Assembly: GCA_021613535.1 (NCBI GenBank)
Contig: CP075493.1
Location: forward strand, 11,470,001-11,534,000
Origin: Adineta vaga
Taxonomy: Eukaryota > Animalia > Rotifera
Length of the DNA stretch: 64,000 nucleotides
Reading direction: 5' to 3'
Positions within the stretch are counted from its first letter, which is position 1, and every line of letters begins with the position of its first letter. Positions 37,814 through 51,324 of this stretch are shown piece after piece. Made by a program: the position numbers and the translations under genes. The notes under the pieces are model-generated. The model was given only the letters and a program-made list of their open reading frames with translations. It was not told the origin of the DNA and made no database searches.

Positions 37814-40473
37814 TCAAAACAATGATATTTCTACTGTAGCTGGTTTAGAAAATTCTTCAATTGATTGATTAGTTTTGACCACATCTCGTTTAATAAATAA
37901 TGTTTTTGTATGTTTTAAATTGGATAGAAAATATTGAATATGATATCTTTTCTTCCATAGAAATACAATTAATGCGATAAAACTAATAACTGCAAATGTA
38001 ACAAATAAACCAGCCATCGATTCAAGTGTCATTGCTTGTGATGTGATTTGTACACTTTCAGAACAAATTGTTGTTTTAAACCATTTACGTTTTAAATCAT
38101 CAAGTTGACCTGATTCTCTAAGTAATAAAATAGTTCGATCTAAAATTTCTTTATATTGCCAAGTTTTTTGAAAAGCAATTCCAAATGCATTCGTATTAAA
38201 ATCTTTTCCAATTAAAGTTAAATTACAATAAATATTATTTACAATATATTCCGAAACACTTCCATCAACAATCGAAGCATCAATTATATTATTTAATAAA
38301 CCATCATAGATTTCTTGTTTAGTTATTAATGGATAATAATTTTTATTTCCACCGGATATTTCACGTAGATAAAAATCTTCTAAAGATGATCCAATTAGAA
38401 TTCCAACACGACTAAATGATAATTTACCATTTTTTATATCATCAAGTCCATCAATAATATCTTGCGATTTTGATATTGTTAATTCCGAAGCTAAATTTGC
38501 TGTATAAGCTGCAACTAATACGATACTTAAAAGATATAAACCAATTGTTAAGATTCGTCCTGCAGCTGTAACAACATGAAAATCAACACCATATCCAACT
38601 AATGTTCCAATCGAATACCAAATGCACATTGACATTAACGAAATCATCGATTTCTTTTGCAGTGCACTATTTTCCTTTCGTTCTAAGAAACACATGATCA
38701 AAGCAGCGTATAAACAAGCACAAAGAACAGTTAACCAAAGTTGAATAGAAAATGATCGTAAATATGTTGCTAAATCAATATCGTTTTTTAATTCTTTTCG
38801 TATAAGAATGCGTAATGAATTATCATAGATTGAATTCGAAAATGCTACTTTTTCACTTCGTGCAGCTGTTATCGTTGTTTGTGCGAGGAATAAATCATAG
38901 GCATCATTTGCAACTAAATCAATGATTTGATTAAATGTTCTATTTGTTATTAAATTTATTTCAGGAACAAAATCTAATTGTTCTCTTAGAAGTTCAATAA
39001 GATCAGGTATATAACCGATTAATTTGTTTTTTGTTTCACCGGAATCATTACTGATTTGTGTTAACATTGTAAATGGAGCTGTTTCAGTAACAGCTAATCG
39101 TAAATGAACATTTTGAAGTGAAGCATAACCCGATGGTGCAATTAAGGAATTTCCCGGCCATATAATTACACTTGTTGAAGAATAAACTTTCCAATTCGTT
39201 AAATGTGACCAGACTAATATAGGGACAAAATTTAAAATATTCGAAGATAGTTGAAGATTTTTTAGAACATAATAGATTCCGGTTATTCGATTGGTTGTAT
39301 TTTGAGCAAATTCTATTTGACCAGATACACCAAGATAATTGATATTATTGATTAGATTCAATAAGATATTGGCATTCATTAAAGATTGATCAAAACAGAA
39401 TGAAGTATTGAGAAATTGAATACAATTCGATGTCGTTTTGGAACAGAATTCTTCATAAATTTTAATTAAAGTCCATGTGGCATCGAAAGCAAATAATGCA
39501 TAGTAATTGACATTTTGTGAACCAGGAAAGGTGTCGGGTTCATATGTTTGCCAAATGTCATAAGCAGATTTTAATAATGTTTCATTGATGGGCGCATTGA
39601 CAATATTTCCAACAACTGGTTCCATAAGTAATAATCCATTTAAATTTTCATAAAATGTTTTATTAAAATAATCCAATGAAATAGGTGCACTTAATATCCA
39701 TAGAAATTGTGGGCCAAGTAAACTTTCATTCAGCGCTTTTTGTACGATAAGATTTGTATAAGCTGTTTCAGCCCATACGATGACAATTCGTGTTGAACTT
39801 AATGTTAATACAGATTTGAAATCATCTTTGATTTCGTATGTATTTATATCGAATTGAATTGTCTTTGTAATAAGTAGTTTTCTTCGATTGAATTCATCAT
39901 GAATAGATTTTGCACCATTGGATCCAAATACATCATTTTGATGGATAATTATACATGATGTCCAATCATATTGAAGAAATAATTCAGCAATTGTTACTGC
40001 AGCTATATTATCAGATGGAACTAATCGATAGAATGATGAGTATGTATTTCGATCAGACAATTGAGAATCAGTTGAACTGTATGAAATGAGAGGAATACCA
40101 ATTTTTCCAAGAAATGGACTAAGATATTGAGATTCTCGAGATAATGCTGGTCCAACAATTCCAATTATTGTAGAATTCGTAACAAATCGACATGTATCAG
40201 CTAGAGTAGTGACGACATCACCTTTACTTTCAATTGTTTTATAACCTATCAATTCGCCTTGAACTTTTATATTATATTGATGTGAAAGTATAACGGCTGA
40301 TTTAAACATGGCATGAGATTGAATTGACCAATTTGCCGATCAGATCGACTTAATATATCAGAAAAAACGCCTAATAATTCAATATTCGATGAATTTAATA
40401 ATGGCCAATCTGTTATAATCGATCCGAGAAGAGATTGGAACAGAATTACTTTTAACCAAAATAAGTCAATCAT
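37814..40473 (-). CDS. Ionotropic glutamate receptor with K+-channel-type signature (AvGluR1-like), copy 2; frameshift near 40345
   Basis: Same architecture as copy 1; pore GTLVGYG, M3 AYTANLASEL; the signal-peptide ORF 40473-40267 is out of frame with the main ORF 40309-37814. Confidence 0.88.
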
Positions 40474-41005
40474 CCTTCACAATAATAGTATTGTAGAACT
40501 GTATGTGAAAAAGAAAATCTATCAACTAACGAACACATAGAGAGAAAGAATGAATTGAAAAGGATATTTACATGAACAACAAAAACTACTTTATCTTGAG
40601 AGGAAATAACAATCGTTCTTCTTTGTTTTCAAGAGGTAAATTGTATCTGAATTATTTAGAAACTCGTCAATCTACTAATTGAATTCAACATTATTAAAGT
40701 TTTCTAATCAGTAGATTTTCCATGATATTTCATTATAGATGGATAAAGAAGTAAATTATTTTAGAAAACATGAAATCATCTTCTTTTGATATTTAAGAAA
40801 TGACGGAAATCAAATCATCAATTGAGTCAATAAAGAAAAAGTGCATTTAGAATAAACGCTTCCTTACAATTCTACAAACAAAGAATTATACAAATAAGAA
40901 AATGTTCACAATTGAGATCAAGTGATCGTCGTGTATAAGTTTATTTTGTAGTAAATATAGTATCTCATATCATTTATAATCCAATCTGTTAACTATAGAA
41001 ACTGA

Positions 41006-41994
41006 TCAGTTTGAATTCAAATCAGATTGAAATAATTTAGTTAAAGTATCTATTAAAGGTACCAATTCTCTACCAAGCACTTGTTTTAGTAGAGGATCAG
41101 CAACAGCTGACTCTCCTCTTTCCAATGCTTTGAAACTCGTTGCCCATTTTTTCAAAAAATCCTCTTCACCAGTAGGATAAGGTGGTGTTGAACCTGGGCG
41201 TACATGATTTTCAATATATTCATTGACAGGAACGATACGAAAAGTGATTGGTCGCTTAAGAATCTTTGCAAACATATCACTAACAGTTGAAATAGTGATC
41301 GGTGTTGAGCCGGTAAGAAGCAACGTTTCTTGTTCATGTCCACCCTATATGAATTTTGAAAAAATAAATATATGAACATGTAGATCATATTGATATAACT
41401 TACATTAACCATCAACTTTGCAGTTCCTTCACCAAGATCAGCAAGACATACCCAAGTAATAGGACCATCACCTGGAACACATACTTCATTATCTTTTTTA
41501 TAATCGAAAAATCCTGTGTAAAGAGGATAACTTTCCGAATAAAGACCTTCACGTAATATTGTATACGTTAATCCACTTTTAGCCAGATATGCTTCTGTAT
41601 CCAGATGAGCTTGCATTACATGAGCAACACTATCAATCAAATGTCCTTGAGTATCAGTACCGAACATGAGTGAAGTATAATAAATATGTTTAACATTGGC
41701 ACGCTTCGCTGCATCAATTGCATTTACATGATGTTTAACACGAAATTCATGTTCAATACTGGGTACTGAAATAATCAGTAATTTTTCAGCATCTTTGAAC
41801 GCAATATCCAATAGTTCTGGTTTGCTGAAATCACCTTCACGAATTTCGACATTAGACGAAGTAATATCTGATGGAACTTTCAATGGATTACGAACCACAA
41901 CTGCAATTTCAGATGCTGGTACAAGATCTAGAAGATATTTTAAAACTTGTGAACCTAAACGACCAGTAACGCCTGTAAGAACAAACTTGACCAT
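41006..41994 (-). CDS. NmrA-like/atypical SDR NAD(P)H quinone oxidoreductase (fungal/bacterial-like), 2 exons
   Basis: MVKFVLTGVTGRLGS (GxxGxxG), NAIDAAKRANVKHIYYTS, HLDTEAYL, YTILREGLY; intron 41403-41345. Confidence 0.88.
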
Positions 41995-42228
41995 ATTGGA
42001 CGTACGACGAAGCCTAAAGTAAGAAAAAGAATGAATAAATACAGTTATACACGCGAACACTGCGAAAAGAGAGAAAAGAAAAGAAAGAAAAATAACGTGC
42101 ATCGATGACTGAATACAGATTCAATCGAAAAATATATAAGATAAATATTTTTTTTCTTCATAATACATATCGTTATCTATTGGTCATTTCATGTTTTATG
42201 ATGCTGTATGATTTTTATTTGTTTTAGT

Positions 42229-42243
42229 CGGGTGTGGGTGTGA
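42229..42243 (+). repeat. Short telomeric-type tract GGGTGTGGGTGTG
   Basis: cgggtgtgggtgtga, about 2 units, in an AT-rich background. Confidence 0.45.
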
Positions 42244-42983
42244 CGATAATGGAACTGATCATATCAATGCCTAAAAATCTAAAACAAATAATTGAATTGA
42301 AAAAATAATATCTACAATTACGAACATTGATTTCTGTTGATGGTGACGGTGATCTAAGTTTTGTTTCTAATGATTTGAGATGACCTAATTATATGTTTGT
42401 TGTTCAGACATTTCAAGATAATTTTGAAAAGATAATCATCAATTATCGTAGTCGATCAATATTTGCATCGCCATGTATTGAATTTAGGGAGAAACATATA
42501 GTTTTGATGGAATTGGTAAGTAAAAGTTCGGACGAGAAACAGCGGAAATGTTTTTCTACTTTTGAAAGAACTTTGTCGACAAATGAAGAAGAAATATCTA
42601 TTAACATTAGGGTCCGTATAAAAAATTTCGTTGAATCTGATTATTTTTTGGAAGTTAAGTAAAGATCGTAAAGGTATATTGATTAGTGCCACATTTAATG
42701 GTTTGAATACAGATATAAATTCAATATCTATTAATCGACTTCATCAATGGAAACAAACAGTACAATAGCAAATAGATGATCATGTGAAAAATAAAAATAA
42801 AACCTATCGATATATTTAATCAAATAAATCAGTATTGAATCGACGCCAGTTTCAGAAGTTTTCTTCCCGCAACTAGAATATATTTCTATGTTAATGACGG
42901 CCTGATGTATTTTTTATTTATTTCACACTAGGAAAAAAAAGAAATAAGAGAATGGTAAATGTGTACGTAAGAATTATCTATGA

Positions 42984-45900
42984 TTATTTTGGATGAGAAT
43001 ATTTCGCTCGATGACCACTGTCAAAATCATGACATTTTGTGCCCCATTTACATTGTATTTTGCCACCGTCTTTTGGTGGATGTGATTTTGTAATTGAAGG
43101 ATGTGAAAATCTTGCTCGGTGATCAGGATTTTCATCACGACACTCACGTCCCCATTTACATGCTGTTCGTTCACTACGACTAGGACTCTTCGTCATGTTT
43201 ACTTGCTACTACAAAGAGATGAGTTCATAGATGAATAAGGTCAAAAAAAGAGAGTAATAATCACGTACTTGAAGGTGCAGATGTGGATGATTTCTCAAAA
43301 ACTTGTTCTCCATGGGAATATTTCATTCGATGAGGATATGATTTATCTGAACATGTATTTTGTCGATAGCATGGAAAAAGATAATCAGGTCGACCTGTAT
43401 GCCGATAAGAAGCACGATGACAAGGATCATCTAATTTTTTGCATGCTTCATCCTCTCGACATTTAGGAACATTATGTGGTTCATGAGTATGAGTTGAATG
43501 TGAATCCTTGTCACGACACCGTTCCGAATAAGGACATGGATGAGAATATTTAGCATTGTGGTCTTTTTTCGTGTCCTCTGAATATTGTTTTGAACAATTC
43601 ACATTCTCTGGACAAGGTTTTATCTTTGAATCATTGTCACCGAAGATGAAGTTTGCTACTTTACCTATAAAACCAGGTGTTTTGGGTGATTTATTATCAT
43701 CTACATTTGACGATGCACCATGAGAAGCATCGCTCGATTTATGATTATTATTGTCGGCACGTTCTTTACTCGGCTTATTCTCAGCTGCAGATGAAGTATC
43801 TCTTTCGTAATCTTTATCAAATGTTGGATGCATATTAGATTGTTTCTCGAAAGAGATCATTACATTTCGAATAGGTACTGAATGTGCTCCAGCACTCACA
43901 TGAACATATTCCATTTTACTTAAATCAAGTTCTGATCTACCAAATGTACAGGATATTTCTTCATGATTATAAATTCCATTGGGACCAGCATGAGACAAAA
44001 CGACTTTTCCAGTTGAACGATGAAGTTGTAAACAAAATGTCATAAAATCATTACTATTACAGCCAAGATAGAGAGTATTAGCTTTGGCTTTGTACGACTT
44101 CTTGCTAACAATCGTTGAATGCTTAAATGGATGTGCAGCAGCTAAATAGGAATATTTTTCATGATAGTCGTCATCATCATCATTTATTTGAGGTTTTGGA
44201 GCAATGTAACAGACTAAACAACGAAGATCTGGTTGATCTTCATTGATATCGATTTCTTCATTGCATAAAGTCAGCATCATATCACCATACATAACTTTCC
44301 AATAGATATAAGTGATATTATCTTTGGATGTGTGATGTAACTTTTCAATACGATATTGTGTGTATGCTTGAGAAATTGTTAGAGGTAAAACATAATGATC
44401 ATTGAAACTTAATGATGATACAGTAATAACTACACCTTTAACAGAATGTGATAACGAATGTGTAGCATTCTCTTTGTACTGTTTAGTTAATTCTTTTACT
44501 ACGAAGTTCTGATATTCTGATCGTGATTTCAAATTAGGAGTTGGCCCAAAAGGTCCTCTTTCATGATCGGCTTGACCATCGTGTGGTACAAGAGTAATAC
44601 GATGTTTAAACAGAGCATCAATTGCTTTAAGAGTAACTTCACTGAGTGCACTGAAGAGATTTTTGGGTATATAGATATGGTCAATATAATCGAGTGGAAT
44701 TAATTGAGGTAAATGTGCTTCGATGTTATGATGAGGGTCGTTCTTGATCCATTGCTGAAGAATCTCATCAAGAGTAACGTCCATTGTATTTGCTTTTGTA
44801 CGAAGACTAGTAAGTGCTATGAGTTCTAGAGCAGTAGCATATTCGTACCCTGACACGGAAGCATGCAGTTTTGTGCTATGATAATGTTGTACTCGTTTAT
44901 CGACATTACCAGAATCATTACCTAGCCATGGTCGCCATTTATATGCATTTCCGCTTACAAATGATGTTGCTGCTTGCATCGAATAATTGGCATCAGGATG
45001 ATGTAAAATCTCTCGTTTAAAAACAATAATAACATCACCATAATAATGACCTAAGTTTGGTCCTAGTACACTGAAGACTTGCTTATCTGTACCTAAAGCT
45101 TTGTCAGGTGGATGACCAATACCAGCTGGATCTGAATGAAGTCTAATTGAAGCCTGAGCAATTTCAATAGCTTTGGTACGTAGAGCATTGAAATTAGCCT
45201 TCGATATGGTTTTCGACAGTTTAATTTCTTTCTTCTTTATCATATGTTCGTAGGTTTCTTTCGTAGTATATGGTGAGGCTCCTTTGCCTGTATCGGCTCC
45301 CAATAAAGCTGGTGGTACTACAGTTGCTCTGGCAAAATCATTATTTTCGAACTCTAGTGCCACTAATGCGGTTACATATAGTTTAGCATCTTCATGACAT
45401 ACAGTTGTCTTTAGTTCTTCGATACGTTGTATTCGACTATGATGTAAAACGGAATTGGCAACAAAGGTCGGATCTTTCAGATTCTCCATATATTCACGAC
45501 TCATTATATGACCATGTAAAAATATTGATTCAAATATAAGTGGACTACATCGATGAATAGGCTGTACATTGCGTATCCAACTAAGAATCTCATTTGGAAT
45601 TGATCCTGATGGTAGAGGTTTCCAGCTATTTTTTGTGATATATTGTTCGACAGCTAACATATTATTCTTTTGATTTTGTACAAAATCAGTATTTTCATTG
45701 GAGCCATAATATTGCACCACACCACCTTGTTGAACTGATGGATGTCGAAAACTAACTTTGTGATCGAACTTTCGAAGTTCGCGACATGCACTATCATATT
45801 GACAGGCCGGTCGAATATCAGGAACATTCGGATGTGAAAACGAATTTAAATGTTCTTCATCATCAAGTCTTTTACATTTATCTTGAGAAGTACATACATG

Positions 45901-48900
45901 ACGAGCGATGTGAATAGTTTTAGCCAAATGTAACGGTGTATTATCGGTACATTTACGACCATTTCTGCACACATGAGCATATTTCATACAATGATTTTGA
46001 GTGTTGTGCGAAAGACTTCGAGTGTCTATTGCTCCTGATAATTTCATGAAATGAGGACAATCAAATGGTGTCCGTGGACAAGGAGAAGCAAACGGATGTT
46101 GAAATTCTTCTAAGTGATTTTTGTCGTGAAACATTACGCAAAGACCACCATGAGGACAACGTGGAGCACAATGACGGAATTTACTACAGTGACTGGCAAC
46201 TTCTTTTCGATATTCCATACATTTATGTGCTTTTTCACAAAGAGGTAAATGACGATACTGTCTTAAATGTTCATCGTTTTGTTTCTGACATCGACCTTCG
46301 TCTGGACAATAATCTGGATGGTCGAATTCTCGTGTATGATTTTCCTCGTGAATCCGTTGGCATAAACCACCGTCTCGACATTGATTTCGATGAATAAACG
46401 AAGTTGTATGAACTATATCATCCGTTCTTTTACATTTTCCATTAATAGCTGCTTGAATACAAAGAGGTGGATGAGAAAATTGATTACTGTGCTGATGTTT
46501 ATACATCTCCGTACATTTCGCACCATAGTTGCAAGGTGTTTGATCAAATATGGTCACATTAGCAACAGTTACACCATCACTTAAAAGTCGATAAGGTCCA
46601 ATGATTGTATTAGATTTGTTCATTGCAGTGTTCGGTTCTACAGTTTGACCATCTAAGATAGTAGCAAACGGTTGATAGTTTCCTTCTGGATTAAGTTGAC
46701 GACCAGCATTATGATCATCAACAATAGCAAATACGATTGTGTCGAAAAAACCAGCGTATTGTTCGATAACGGAATAAAAGATTTTTGCAACATGTTCAGG
46801 TGGATTTTTAAAAGCTCCACAACCAAGTGCTGATAGAATGAGACAATCGTGATTATGATGATGAGCTATAGCAAAGATATTTTCAATCTTTTTCCTTGTT
46901 CCAACAGCAAATTTGGGTGCAAGAAAATTCCCTTTCAATTCAGGATCTCGATAAGCAGCCATGGCAATGGAACAAACATTTTCTAATGGATTTTCCATAA
47001 AGGCATAACCTTTTTCTTCTGTTTGTCGAAAAACAGTAATACCTGTCGTATAGATAGCACCATATTCATTCATTGGATACATATTATTTGGATCTGAAAT
47101 ACGGTCAAGACGACTCTCGGATGTGCAATGAAAACGATCAGCACGTTCTTTAAGAAAATCGTCAAGACCAATATCAAGACTACGACAATAATCCGATCGA
47201 CGAAAGATATTTTCTTCTTGTGCTCCATCACCTTTTCGAAATCCACCACCAGGACTAGTTGCACTTGCCATATTGAGAAGAACAGGTCGTTTACCCATTC
47301 TCGTCATACGTTCATATTCATGCAAACAATCGTTACGAACGACACGAATCGTTGTTCGAGAATAAGGTGTTTTTGTGAAATTTAATTTTTCCGTTCTTTC
47401 AAGAGTTGATTCATGATTATAAACAATAGTTTTCAATTCATTTTTTAAATTCAATTGTATTTCACGATCTTCAATCATAAAACTTCTTTTTTTAATAACA
47501 CCAAGTGTATTTAACATGACAGTAACTCGAAGTAAATGACGTATTTGATCTGGTGTTGGTTTCTTTGGATCATGGGAAGTACCATGAGCTGGATCACGTT
47601 TTTGGTTTTTCACACGCTCAAATTCTTCATTCCATAGGTGCGAATTCCAACGATAACGAAAGATTTTATGTTTAGGATTAGCAACAAATTGCATTATATC
47701 CGGTTTGATTTCTAACATTTCTCTCTCATACCATGTATCATCATCAATTTCACCTCCATCTGGATTATTTAAAGTATTACAAAGATCAACAGTGAGCACA
47801 GTATCATTATCAATACGAAGTGCTCCACGATCTAGACATTTTTCAAATGCATCTTCGTCAGATAATTCCAGAATAAGATGATCACCAATAAGCTTATGAT
47901 GTATAACTGCATTTCGAAATTCTCTATGTTTAATAATGCTTTGAATGGAACATGATTTGGGAATTGGATGTAGAACTAGTCGACAAGCAAGTTTCGTCTT
48001 TTTTTGTAATGTTATTTTATCAACAATAACAAAACTTTTCGTTGACCATAGTCTTGCTACATTAGCAGAAATAATACATGCCGAACCTGAATGTCTGTTA
48101 ATTTGAACATAAAGAGAAGTCGACGGCAGATCAGATTCTCCAATTTCACGAGCGATTGCGTCGTGTAAATGTTGTTTCTTAACTGTGCGTGGTAAATCAT
48201 CGAAGAAACAACTATCTGCACAATAGTATATATCACCTAAGAAATTTTTTATTCGAAAAGTTCCATTAGATGAAGCACTAGTAAGTTCTTCTAACGAAGA
48301 AGAAACAACACGATAAATGTTCGAAAATTGTGCATTCAATATATCGCATGATAACAATGGCTTCTCTCCTTTGTGTACCTCCAGCCACCGATAAGACACT
48401 TCCTTTGCTGTTGGTAATTGTTCATCTTGTAATTCTTTGGTGACATTGAGCACGACGTACGAAATGAGTTCAATGGTTTCAACTATTGTGATAAAATCTT
48501 TTCCACGTTTTGGATCTAATGCAATTTTTCCAATTTTGTTCAACAGACGATCTTTCAGGTCGTTGTTAGCCACATGTATAACACCAATACCTAATTTTAA
48601 ATAGCATTTTACTTTCTTTGGTTTCATAAAAGCGAGATCTTCAATTCGTCTAGCAATTAATGTTTCCAGTCCATAACTATCGCTACTATCCGATGGTAGA
48701 TCAGATATATAAACTGTCTGCAGAGGTTTTGACGTTGATGGAGATGGACTACGAGCTTTCGTGGGTTTCTTGTCTATTGATGGCATTGATCTACTTTGAT
48801 GCGTGGGTGAATGATTATCGTCATCCACATAACTTTTTAGTTTTTCGTATTTCGCTCCTTTGATTTTTTCCTTATCAGGCTGCTGATCAGAAGCACCTTT

Positions 48901-49902
48901 CCCAGCTGCACCCTTCGTTCCACGATAATCATCATCATCATCATCATAGTAACTTTTTTCTTTGTCGTGTTTCGTGGCTTTGACTTTTTCCTTTTCAGGC
49001 TGTCGATCATAAGCACTTTTCACAGCTGCACCCTTCGTTCCGTGGTAATCATCATCATCATCATCATCATAGTAACTTTTTTCTTTGTCGTATTTCACTC
49101 CTTTGGCTTTTTCCTTTTCAGGCTGTTGATCATAAACACGTTTTGCAGCTGCACCCTTCGTTTTGCGATAATCATCATCATCATCATCATCATAGTAACT
49201 TTTTTCTTTGTCGTATTTCACTCCTTTGGCTTTTTCCTTTTCAGGCTGTTGATCATAAACACCTTTCGCAGCTGCACCCATCGTTCCGTGGTAATCATCA
49301 TCATCATCATCCTCATCTTCATAGGTGTTGACTAAATAAATGAATAAATGAATATTGCGACAAAGAAAATTAGTTTTTTCCAAATACAATAAAGATTTTT
49401 GCGTATCTTATCTAAACGATTACTTACTTTTCTTGCCTGATTTTGCTGATGAATGTGGGTCAGGAGTTTTCGGCGCACCCGATGTCGATGAGGAACTATA
49501 TTCTTCTTCGATTGTTGTTGTGTAGCGATTTGTTCGTGGTATACCACACGACTGACAACGTTTGTTGGATGTTAAATTTTTCTTTGAACACCCTTTACAT
49601 TCCCATCCTTCTTCATTTAATTGTTGTGTATTTGAAGCAGATTTTCTTACACTGTCAGTTGCCTTTGTTTTTACTGATGATGACATAAACTCTGGAACAC
49701 TTCTCTAGAAAACAAACGTAGGAAAATAAGAATGTCTAAAACTATTTATCTCGTATCATTTTTTACATACTGAATCATTACTATCCCGATGCGTATCAAG
49801 AAGACCTTGAAGACAAGCACGATGGCATGGTAAATTAGTTGGAGTCTTTAATGCCGCTTCATTTTCTTTTATATCTTTACCGCAAGAAAAACAAATGTCC
49901 AT
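42984..49902 (-). CDS. Giant multidomain protein: Zn-ribbon, RanBP2-ZnF, acidic repeats, RRM-like region, TIGR02452/DUF2263 PARG, 10 PBZ-like fingers, candidate ART domain, 4-6 further PBZ-like fingers
   Basis: Exons 49902-49771, 49704-49428, 49331-43269, plus a probable last exon ending at 42984 (junction uncertain); LNMASATSPGGGFRKGDGAQEE and LILSALGCGAFKNPP; repeated C-x5-C-x6/9-H-x5-H. Confidence 0.88.
48830..49320. repeat. About 120-bp coding tandem repeat, 4 copies, with poly-Asp (GAT)n tracts
   Basis: DDDDDDYHGTxGAAxKxxYDQQPEKEKAKGVKYDKEKSYY repeated. Confidence 0.92.
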
Positions 49903-51324
49903 GGTGTAACAATCTAAAAATATAAACGTTCTTTATATGTAATTATGTATTGTATTATATATAATCATGAATAGTAATTCAATGTCAACAAAACTGTAAG
50001 AAAAGTGAACATTCTTATAGACGTTTTTTTTCACTCGTCTATTAAATAATGAGAAACTCATAGAAAACGGAATCTTCCAACTTGCGCTACTTGGTTGCAT
50101 GGATGAATCCAGCAATGGCGTAAATTTTACTTCATTTTCACCTACACGAAACGATTCTCGTCTTTCTAGCAATACTTTCTGATATTTTTTCTCTTGTTCT
50201 AGAGTAAATATTCTTCTTGTAAGCACGTTGCATTTGTTAAATTTTGCATTGACGTACATTTTCTTCGTGTTATTTCATCGTTAGAGAATTCTAGAACAAT
50301 CAATAAATTAAAAATAAATATTCTGTTCCTTTAATTCGATTTTTGTCAAAGATAATATTCAATACACTTTATGCGAAGTATTATTTTACTGCTTTCTGAC
50401 TGAAAAATGTGTATACATACATATGAATTTCGCCGAAAAGAAAGAATATTTATTAGCTAAACACACGTTCTCTTCTTATTTGCTTAACAAAACAAATGAC
50501 TTCTGTATACAATGATTGTATTACAGTTTAACAGTGGGTTATTTTCAGTAAGGTATTGTATAAATGATGAAAAATTACCGTCATAGAGCAGACTATACAA
50601 ACATTACGAAGTAGTTGGTCATTTTTCCAAGAAATGAATTTACAGTCTGATCAGCATTGTGATTGTTATGGATTTTACACTAATACAGATCTGTATAAAT
50701 AACGTTTCGCATTTAATGGTTGAGAAACAAAAAACTAATTTTTTCTGTCAACTCTATACAGTTATTCGTCTTCTTTCGCATTGTTGTTTCTCTCTGAGCA
50801 TCAAGAGTATTAAAAAAATGATCAAACTTCATTTCCTCACCTTTTTATTCTAGGTATAATTTAGGATTTGTAGCACCAATTGTTGATGAAACTATCTTTG
50901 AAGTAATAAAGATTGCACTGATATCTTTGCAACAGTTTTTTTTATACTTTAAAGTATTCAATTGTATCGATTTCTAACCTTGAAATGTGTCTGTTTCACT
51001 CAAAAATATGCTGCTCTTTTATATACCCAGTAAATGTGTCATAAAACTAAGCTTAAACATCTTAAATTATGATCTATTAAAAATCAATTTTTTGTAACAT
51101 CGTCTGATAACTATACGCTAATGCATACATATTGTATTATTTGATAGCATTCTGATAAACTATAGATGCCGTGTTTTTGTTTGTCATTTGAACAACTTTT
51201 TTTTCGTTCTCTGGGTTTTTTCCCATTCATATATATTCCTTTTCGAGAAATATATAACATTGTTCAAATGTGAATTTTATTTATAGATCAATTTTTTTGT
51301 TCGAAAGCATATTTTGAATCGAAA

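Noticed and set aside
48967-49335. Poly-Ile and poly-His ORFs on the plus strand
   Set aside because: Antisense reading of the poly-Asp (GAT)n tracts of the giant gene
49933-50259. 108-aa ORF upstream of the giant gene
   Set aside because: No domain signal; lies in the presumed promoter/5' region
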